From the NCBI GenBank assembly GCA_012295275.1, contig CM022672.1, forward strand, positions 35,092,001 to 35,156,000: a stretch of DNA of 64,000 nt. Direction: 5' to 3'. The position numbers and the translations under genes were made by a program. The notes below the pieces were generated by a model. The model saw only the letters and a list, made by a program, of their open reading frames with translations. It had not been told where the DNA came from and made no database searches. Below, in pieces: positions 39,785 to 64,000 of this stretch. Source of the DNA: Chrysomallon squamiferum (taxonomy: Eukaryota; Animalia; Mollusca). Within the stretch, counting starts at the first letter, position 1, and each line of letters starts with the position of its first letter.

Positions 39785-40808
39785 CTGAAAAACGTACAAC
39801 TCGTTCAACCTACATCAAATAATTAGATTAATTGAGGATGATCAAAATGGCGGGTCAGGAGCATTACAGATATCGTGGATTAAAAGTATTTAATGAAACA
39901 AGACACTGCGTCTCTTTTTGTAATTGTTCACTAATATTAGTTTCGGGGTCAGCGTGTACTACAATATAGAAAAATCGCTGATATGGACAAATCCCTTCTG
40001 GAAAAATGCATTACGTACATGATCTAACTTTCTGTAAGGGTCAAGACAAAACTAAGTCTACTGGTGTAATTCTGAACTGAAAATTAATAATGAACGTCTT
40101 TATTATGATATGGTCAAATAAAGGAACTTTTTTTTTTAAATATCTATTTAGACGTGGCAGCTGGCTTTGATATACGGTATGTTGTAAAAAAATATATATA
40201 TATGTATATATATATATATTTATAATTTACAGTTGACAGTAGCTAAATAAAGGCAATTAAAACTAAAATTATACATTGTCTTTACCTGCTGACTAAGAAA
40301 CATTAGAAATGTCAGAAATTCCTTACTCTCAAATGTTTCTAAACAAATCAACAATGATTGTATAATAGAATCTATTTCAAAACATGAAATAAATCCGAAA
40401 ATAAAATGGCAGCGTATAAGTCTGGTACAGATTTCTGTAACAAATGCCAGAAAAGTATTTATCTTTTTCCGCTGAACCTAATCATAGACACATGTGTTAA
40501 ACATTTTCAGTAAAAAGTCTTGTTATTATCTGAACAGCAGAAAAAGTGTTATTATATGGTATAAAAGATTCAGATGAAAGTGAAAATTGTTAAATGTTTA
40601 GTGAAGATTTATTTGGTTATGTAATCGTTATGGAACAATGTTGTAAAGTGGATATTTTTTAGAACAAAAGTGAGACTTCAAAGAAATGCATAAACAATAA
40701 TTTTAGGCAACATAAATGTTTTTGAAAAAAAAATATAATAAAAAAAATAAAAAAAAGAAGATAATATAATCAGATTGATATTGTTAATTGCCAAGCTGTA
40801 TGTATGTA

Positions 40809-40897
<89 letters not shown>

Positions 40898-42685
40898 ATA
40901 TATATATATATATTCATGCGAATTGGAAAAAAGTGTATTTAATATATCTGTAATTTGTCAAAATACTAAATGATACTTAAAAATTAGAGGATGTATCAAC
41001 TTATCTCAGAAACCATTTTTATTTTTCTGCATTGCCTAAGCATAATTTCTAATATTGACTGTGGAATCTAATTGCTATTTATACCTTTCACAGAATTATT
41101 GCCAATCAAGACAAAGAGCAACACCACTTCAAAGATCATTATCTGTAAGACAATTAAAGAATTACAAATTTATTTTGAAAGATTAAATAATATTATATAT
41201 CTATATAAATAGAAGCAAATGTGTACCTGTTTTGTTTGGTGAAAGAAGGATCCTTAAATAGGACTTACCAAATAACAAAATGACACCAAGGTAGGTAAAA
41301 TATATTAATAAATAATCGCTAAGATTTAGCAATGATAGAATGGCAATCAAGTCCTGTATTTCCTTTACTTTTCAAGATAATGAAACGAAAATTTCTGAAT
41401 AATTATATTCAGGTATCAGCTAGATAGAATATAATTTAGAATACTCAGATCAATAGTGTATAAAAAATGGAACAGTAACAACCAGTTGCTTTGTAAATAA
41501 GGACATGGTTCAGTGACGTCATTTAGATGACGTAACTTAGATTTGAGATAGAGAATGTGGGTCGGCAAAAAAGTGTCTTCCTGCAAATCGTTAATGAATG
41601 GCAAGTAAGAAGATAATGGCCTGTAAGCTCACAACATGTATTAAATAAAATGTTATTTTTGTCTTCTTATAAGTTCTACAAAATGTTATGAAAATGTTAG
41701 GTTTAATTGTTTCGGAATGAACAGATGTTTTCATTGATTTTCATTCGGCATGACGAAAGAAAATTTAAAACCAGCCTTCGGGATTATAGAATTTAATGAA
41801 ATTTTGTCACATTCTGGTTGAAATGTTAGTGTAATAAATATATTTCATTTTGGAGGAAAACAATAAATTGATCTATGTATTATTATCGGTTGAACGATTT
41901 TTTTTTTTAAATGCTCGATTTCGGGAAACCTTTGACATCTTAATAAGAAAATATCGGTAAATATTTGCGCCGAATCGACTAAAAATCTGCATTTCGGGGA
42001 TAGTCCTTTGCACACTCGGTACACAACTACTATCTGAAAAATTGACGTCACCCGAATTCTGCTTTCTGACATATGTACATGACGATGTGTCATATTATTT
42101 TTAGTACGCAAAATTGTTTAGAAGTATTGCTGTGAAATATTATGGCTCACTCTCCTCCCATGTTTGTTATGTCCTTCTTTGTTCTAAATATTAGAGAAAA
42201 CAACACAAAATAGATAAATTTAATAACTTACGGAAACAGGTAAGCTACACTACACCAGCTTCCGTCTTCGTTGGTATTTTCCACCGATTCAGGATATGGC
42301 ATCCATGCAAGTGTCATAAACTGAAAGTATTTTGGTCTATTTATATGGACTACATTCCACACCGCAGAATTTCAGACTAACTGGTCTGTAGTCTAGTTAG
42401 TGCGTGTACCCTACTTCTAAATTTGAATATGAAACTAGTGATTTTTTTTTTTTTTTTTTTTTGTTGTAGTTGTTGTGGTTTTCTTAATTAGTGTCTGAGT
42501 GTTCGAAATGAATTGAATGATATTGCAGATGTGTAACTTTCTGTCATTTTTTCCATGATATATAAAACAAGATTAGTTTTTCCTGCTGACGCTAATTAGC
42601 AACACATATTCCATTATAATTTCCATTATTTATTTCCAAAGACTTGCCAGGAGCACACACACACAAAATAATAATAATCATAATC

Positions 42686-42750
<65 letters not shown>

Positions 42751-43508
42751 AATAAAATTGTAAAGGTCAGTATTAGTGAATAAATAATCACTGATGCGTA
42801 GGCTAATTTTAGATCAGAATACTGAGATTTTGAAGTCACGTGGCGGTACTTGAACTGGTCAAAACCTCCGCAGTCCTAGTTCTGAAGGTCTTCTGAATGC
42901 TGTATGCAACAACTGTTTTGCCGAAAAGTAGTGTGCTTAAAACATTTGGATGATTTATTGACCAAGGTGGAAGCAATCATATAATTTCATCTCAGATTTA
43001 ATCTCCTAAATCACAATGTTACGCCTACCTTTTGAAAAGAATGATAATTTTATTCACTAACAAGGTCCTTCACACTGAAAGGAGGAGGTTCTGGTTGAGG
43101 AGAGTCGAGTTGGTCAGTCGCTTTTTGATCTGGATGAAAGTTGTTTCGGCAGGCATTTCAACTTGCGTATTTCTACGCTCAGACCTCGATTCCATTGTTT
43201 TTTAAGAGACAGAACACTGCTATTTCCAGTGATATATAATAATAAGCGATCTAGTATTCAAAAATAGTAGAGGGGTCTTCGCCAAATTATTTTTTTATAA
43301 AACTTTTCTACCGCTTTCGGGAAGCAGAATCATTCTTTTTTGATACAAGTGAAGAAAATAGTTTTAACTTTTGCTTGGTTGAGACTTTTGTAAAAATAGA
43401 GTTCGTAGAACTAACTTTTGTGTGTGTATGTGTGTGTGTGTGTCTGTCTGTTTTTATGCACTTTTATTATTCTTTTTTAAATTTATTACTATTACTATTA
43501 TTATTATT

Positions 43509-43549
<41 letters not shown>

Positions 43550-44553
43550 ATCAGTAAATAGTCTGCGCAGTGCTAGTACCGCTGGTGGAAGCAAGCCCAT
43601 TTGTATTTTTGCGGCGATCATCTGCACAAGGCACGAATGATTTGCTGTGACTATTGTGTTAAAGATGCAGTGATTCTTGTGTTCGAAAGGAGGAATCGTG
43701 TTTTCCAGATTGCCATTTCTGTGATAAACTTTGATTTACAAGCGTCATCCTCTGGCTGTGAAATAAATAATTTGGAACACCGTACTGGAGATAATTTTCC
43801 GACGAGCATTAATCTCTCAACGTCATTGAACATTAAGAGTGGCGGTGATGAATGAAAAGGTGACTCTGTGTATTTGATATAAGATTCTTCTCAAAAAACT
43901 AACCTGCATACTCTGTCAGATTTGCAGTTTCTGTGTTCGCTAGAGGTACTCCAACAAGGAACTGCTAATTATTGAAAAATAAGCTCTAAATCAAGCAATA
44001 TAATTACATTTTCTGATGTGCAGAAGCCACATCATCTGAACCGCGTTCCACTGGGTTGGAATAAATAGTTGCCCACGTTATTACAAGACGGTCACTGTGA
44101 GGAAAACTGAAACGTAAATTCAAGTTCTTTGGAATAAAACACAAAAAACAACAACATTTGCACTACTTGGGTAGAAGTGTGCAAAATATGCTTTAGAAGA
44201 ATCATTTTGCTGAGAGGTGCTATGAAACGAGAGCAGACGAAAAATTCAGGATGTGTCAAATACTGACTCAGATTCTGAACAACTTCTGTCTATAACCCAT
44301 AACCAAAAGCAAAAGATAAATAAAACTGAGAAGCTGATCAATGATGAATGACTCTAGTGTATCTCTCAATGTATTTCCGGAAAGATACATTGAACAAACA
44401 TATCTCTAACTGAGTCTGGAGATACCTTGACAACTTGTGCAGGCGTTGTTGTTGTTGCTGCTGTTGTGTTTTGTAATAAACAAGGCAACTTACTTCAATC
44501 TGCACATTTTGAGTTCGACTATAAAACACTGACTAAAATCAACGTTCAACAGA

Positions 44554-44630
44554 TTAACTGAAAAAGATGAATCATTACTCATGCTGACTTGGTTTTGTCA
44601 GCATGAATAATGAGTCATCGTTTCAGTTAA
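44554..44630. repeat. Imperfect inverted repeat (~34-bp arms, 8-nt loop), bounded by TTAA
   Basis: TTAACTGAAAAAGATGAATCATTACTCATGCTGAC-ttggtttt-GTCAGCATGAATAATGAGTCATCGTTTCAGTTAA. Confidence 0.85.
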
Positions 44631-44654
44631 AATTCAGTTTTATGGTAAATGCCA

Positions 44655-45010
44655 AAAGATATTTGGTGATCTCCGACTCTGTTTGATCCTCGTCCTTTTA
44701 GTAACGCACTGAAACGTGAACGTTACCCTCTACGTGTTATGGACGATATTCTATCACAGCTTTGCGAATGCCAAAGTTTTTCTCAGAACTTCATTTAAAC
44801 TCTGAGCATCGACATGTTCATCTAGAGGAAATCTAGTCTGTCCAATTCTTTCAAGACGCTCTTTGGACGGTATCCATGGAAACGTCTGTACTTCGGAACG
44901 TCGGTCAGTTCAGAACTCTTCCAGAAAAAACATTGACCGCTACACTGGGAAGGCTTGATGGAAAGATGTGTTGCTGCGATGATGTAATTGTCTACCGATG
45001 TATTGAAACT
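44655..45010 (+). mobile_element. Degenerate Ty3/Gypsy LTR-retrotransposon reverse transcriptase fragment
   Basis: With frameshifts: GDLRLC.DPRP.SNALKRERYPLRVMDDILSQL ANAKVF...FKTLFGRYPWKRLYFGTSVSSELFQKK LTATLGRLDGKMCCCDDVIVY (YxDD-equivalent box). Confidence 0.88.
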
Positions 45011-47377
45011 GATACAGCAGTCCATGCCTCAAAAGAAGATGGTAACACTGAACACGTAGCTGCTATCAAATACAGCACTGAACTTGAATCTGAACAAACA
45101 TTTGAACAGTGATGCGAATTTCAACTTCTTGTAGATTGGACGATTAAAATCTGGAGACCAGGAATCTGGACCTCCTGAGAACTGGGACTTTTCAAAAACT
45201 CTCTTTCTAAAGTAACCAGACTTTTGTATGCGTGCGCCATTCCTGAACAAACGAAGAAACTGTTACAGTTTAAAACGAGCAATAAAACGGTTATGATACA
45301 TAAGTAGAAATGATCGAATAAATATTTATTTGCTGTTTTAAAATTCCTATCTTTAATAAAAGAAATAAGCGGTATTCGTAAATGAAAAAAATCATCGTAA
45401 TTGACCTGTTAATCTTTATTATTATTATTTTGTTATTATTATTATTGTTGTTGTCGTTGTTGCTGTTGTTATTTTATTTTCGTTCTTTTATTTTTATATA
45501 ATTTTTGGTTTTTTCCTTATATTAGAATTTTATATCTTTTCAGATATGTATGAACATCTTGTGGAGCTCACAAGAGTCAGGATAAAGATTCACGGTTTAT
45601 ACAGACAATGTCAAGATAAAGAAGATCAATGACTAAGATCACATAGTCTCAATATATTCCAGTTTCTTTGTTTCTGTCAGATAGCATCAACACTTTGTTA
45701 ACGATTTTCCAAAGCTTCTGTAAAACCTCTGTCAAGTGTAGAGAAAGTAATAACTTGAACCATGGCAATGGGTGCCTAGCCAGGAGGAAAGCGTTAAAGA
45801 ACTTCTGAATACATAACCATACCTCATAAATATTATAACCAGCCTTTTAATCTGCGTTGAAATATTTCACAGTTAACAATGAAATTATATATATATATAG
45901 ACGTAACTAACACGGAAACACTCACACTTGCACGCATATGACAAGAGATCCAGTACTGAAACAAAACCGCAGATAGAAATATTTACAAACAAAATTAATC
46001 TTGTTATTTAAAATTTATAGAATCATCATGCCAGTTTCTGCTATAAAAGAAAGAAATATTGTTAATTTTATTTTCCTTCGTTTAATTTGTTCTTGTTTTA
46101 TTTGATTATACATTTTTTTTTTGTTGTTCTTGTTGATTTTTTTTCATTTATTTATTTAGCTAATTAGTTAGTTATTTTGTTCTTTTTTTTTTTTTTGTAA
46201 AACAAAAGTAGAATATGATCACCCTGCCAGTCGTCCATCCTATTACGCCATCATGATTGATATTTGGTTGGATGAAAATGAAGTTGCCTTGGTGCCCTAA
46301 CATTTCTAATTAAACCTCTATGTGTGTGTGAGTGTTCTGTGTTTGTGCGTGCATATGTGTAATGTTTAAAGAAACACAAGATCTCTTTAATAGAAATGCA
46401 TTTAGAAATACCGTTTTAGTCTGCACTAAACTGAATAAGATTTATATAAAATATGACATATAACGCAGGTCTGGCTCAAGATACTAGCAACTCAATAACT
46501 AATATATGGTGCAACATTATGAGTTTCAGTGGAATAAAAAGCAATGTTATATAATAATAATAAATGGATGACAATGCTGGATATCCTCATTTCTGAACAG
46601 TAACAGTCTATCTTCAAAACAACACTGTAAGAACTCTGTCTTGATCACCGACAAGACGAGATTTCAGTTCACTGGATCACATTTGGACGTACACACTCAG
46701 TATAGGCAGACGTACAAAATATGTATAAATTAGAAGCAGCTTTGAATCGCAAATGACATTCTGATCGACTGATGTAAATTTTAACTTTCGTGTGCTTTCC
46801 TTTGTGGCGTAAAAATCTCTCTGTGTTATTCTATTTTATTTTATCTGTTTTGGGGATTATATCTGGGTATTTTGGATTTAAGTTTTCTGTCAATGAAACA
46901 ATGTCGATGGTTCATAATTTGTTAGAGATCTGGGGGTGACTGACGTGTAAAAAGGACTCGAGTTGTTGTCCAGCCACTTTTGTTTATATGTTTTTTTTTT
47001 ACCAAGTATTCGAGAAAATAAAAGAAAACATATAAATTCAATAACTTACTGATAGCGATAAAGTAACAAGTCTTCCATCTTCGTTGCTTTTTCTACTGAT
47101 CCCGAATAAGTGATCAATTCTATGTTCGTAACTTAACGAGTTTTCGTTATATTTAGAGTGCATTGTCATAAAGAACTTTTTCTACAATATTATTATAGGA
47201 GGCTTAAACCAGATGAAAACTGACAATCATAAAGCCTGACTGCAACAATGAAAACCAAAAGAAGCATCAAAAGTTGGCGGAAAGTTGAACCATGTGAGAA
47301 AAGAAGAAAGACTGAATTTACTGACGGATTTAAGTGGGAAAAAACAACAAACTCAATAATAATAATAATAATAATAA

Positions 47378-47408
<31 letters not shown>

Positions 47409-47464
47409 AAGAAGAAGAAATGAAGGAAAATTATATTAAATTTCTGACTTTTTATTTATCAGTA

Positions 47465-48770
<1,306 letters not shown>

Positions 48771-49499
48771 TTTTAGATAATCATAGATTGTCAATCCTGT
48801 AACATGCATCATACAAAAATGTTTACTGTTTCTTTACTTAAAAACCAATGCAATAATTCATAAAATATATAGCCTTTTTGAATGGTAATATGTAGTTAAT
48901 ATTTATTGCAAAACAATGTTTTGTAAAGATATGTCTTTGAGTTTTTAATTACATAAAAGGTTCATAAACAGTCATATATGACACAATTATTTCTTGCAAA
49001 ACACAACATATAGTTATATATGTTAATATCATTTGCAAAAATCCTTAAACCAACCAAAACAAATTAATAATAACAAGAAGAAGAAGAAAGAAAGAAAGAA
49101 AGAAAAACCTCCCACAAAAAAACAAAAACAAACATAAACAAATTGATGTAACATTTAATATCATATTTTAAAGTGCTACATATTAAATATAAAAATTTGA
49201 ATAACTATGTCTTATAAACTATGGTTACAATGTAATATATGAAAACAGAAGCAAAAGTTTAATAAATGTAAGAAAATTTAGTAATCCAGAAACAACCTTG
49301 TGGAATAATGAAAACTTCACAAAGTACATCTGATTTAACTTTTATTTCAACTACGGTGAAAAAAATAAAAAATAAAAATAATGAAAAATCAAAGAAGAAT
49401 AATATATAAATAAAATTGAAAGAAATTCACTTAATAGTAGCCCATATTAATTTATATTTCACTCCCTGCTTCCTGGTTCGACCCAAACATATATTTAAA

Positions 49500-49564
<65 letters not shown>

Positions 49565-50307
49565 TTAAATTAAAAAAATATATATCAACTAAAAATAGAT
49601 GCTGGAGCAGTACATCTTCCCTTAATGAAACATGTATATGATTCAATCAACAATAACGTTTATGACTACGTTTTCTATTTTAAAACTTTTGGATTTCTTT
49701 AAAACTTACTTTTCGTGATTTCTTTATTATCCCCGTCACCATTCTCAGATGAATCACATGCAGTATTAGCTATATTACACACAATAACACACACCAATGT
49801 ATAAAAATATTGATAAAATATCTTCTAATCTGGATATGTTGCAAGATGTACATATTTGTTTATAAAATACAAATTTCTCTTTAATTAAGACAAAATATAT
49901 TAATAGCAACTAAGGAAATAATTAAGCCAAAAAAAGACAATAAAAAGCCAAATTAAAAGATATAATCAACAGTTTAATTATGAAACTATAAAATAATCGT
50001 AGATGAATCAATAAAAATGATTATATAGTTATCGTCACTAATGCAAATTTGACATCTGGATGAAAAGACATACGATGGATAGAATGACAACTGGAGTGAA
50101 ACATAATCCATCATCTGTTGAAACCAGTGATTACTTTTTGAAATTCAGATGCATTCAGATGGGTGTTCAGAACAAGACATAATGGCATAATCTTCTGTTT
50201 AATGTTATATTGCCGAACACAAGCCATCAATAATTTCTCTTAGACAAATCAAAGTTCCTGAGGCAAAACAGAAATAATCTTGCCAAAAAATGACTAATTA
50301 TTATGGC

Positions 50308-50373
<66 letters not shown>

Positions 50374-50503
50374 TTGACAAGAACAATACACAAATACCAC
50401 AAAACTAAAGATTACGTATAACTGGCAGGTGTTGGCGCATACTTCGTGTTAAACAATCAGTAACACATTGTTTTCGCTTGTTTTTTTTTTTTTTTTCTTG
50501 TTA

Positions 50504-50558
<55 letters not shown>

Positions 50559-50923
50559 TAAATTGACAAATAAAAAATAAAACAACCTTGCTACTTAGGA
50601 TATAATTACGTACTCCTTAAATAACAAAATAAATATTTACTATACTGAATATTTAACGTATAATGTTATATTACATATTCAGTTGTACTGTACAATTATA
50701 AACAGACACTAACAGATCATATACTATACTGAATATTTAAAATATAATGTTATATTACATACTCAGTTATACTGTACAGTTATAAAACAGAAACTAAGAT
50801 ATCTTATGCTATACAGAATAGATGAAATAGCACTAATTTAATCAGTCTAGGTAATAAAATCTATAGAAAGTTTCATAAAATTCCCATTGTTCTAAAATCA
50901 GTTTTCTTTTTATTGTGCAAATA

Positions 50924-63624
<12,701 letters not shown>

Positions 63625-64000
63625 CTGAAAGAATACAAAAGTTATTACAAAAATTCAAATATACAAAAAAATTTTGTTCTTTCATTAAATTCGCAAACAA
63701 ATATTTTTTCTGAAAATCAATAATTTCATTAATAAACTAATGTCAAATTGAGAATGACTAATGTGCTATATCAAAAATAATTCAACTTTTTATCTATAAT
63801 AATATTTTCGTTTCAAGTTATACAGAAATAAATGAAAAATTATTTCTGGTAAACGGTTACAGAGAGAGAGAAAAAATATTTTTATTACTGTTGTTAAAAT
63901 AAATAATATTAACGTCATTTTTGTCCATAATATTAAAGTTCTAAGATGCATAGGAAGAAAACAATACAAAGGTACATTTTTCTCATTAGACGTATAATTC

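Overview
AT-rich, microsatellite-rich, intron-containing animal DNA, inferred to be an invertebrate (mollusc-like gene content); no prokaryotic features. Everything recognisably genic is on the minus strand. (1) 50924-63624 holds 27 exons of an apparently intact receptor protein tyrosine phosphatase: at least 9 Cys-rich EGF/MEGF-like ectodomain exons, a TM segment, an active D1 domain and a degenerate D2 domain. Its 5' end lies beyond the window. (2) Next to it is a cluster of related, atypical V-type Ig exons in three families. Family 1 is a multi-Ig gene with two in-frame stops (632-4984). Family 2 is three V exons, each carried in an ~8 kb duplicated unit (11237-11566, 30665-30994, 39455-39784), whose differences concentrate in one short loop. 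Family 3 is one leader exon followed by three tandem, interchangeable 318-nt V exons (18075-21401). (3) Degenerate Tc1, hAT (x3), Gypsy and Tigger relics are present, plus a 34-bp minisatellite built from a splice donor. The best candidate for an undescribed system is a diversifying V-Ig recognition cluster beside an EGF-RPTP. All gene models were read by eye from splice signals and frame and lack transcript support.
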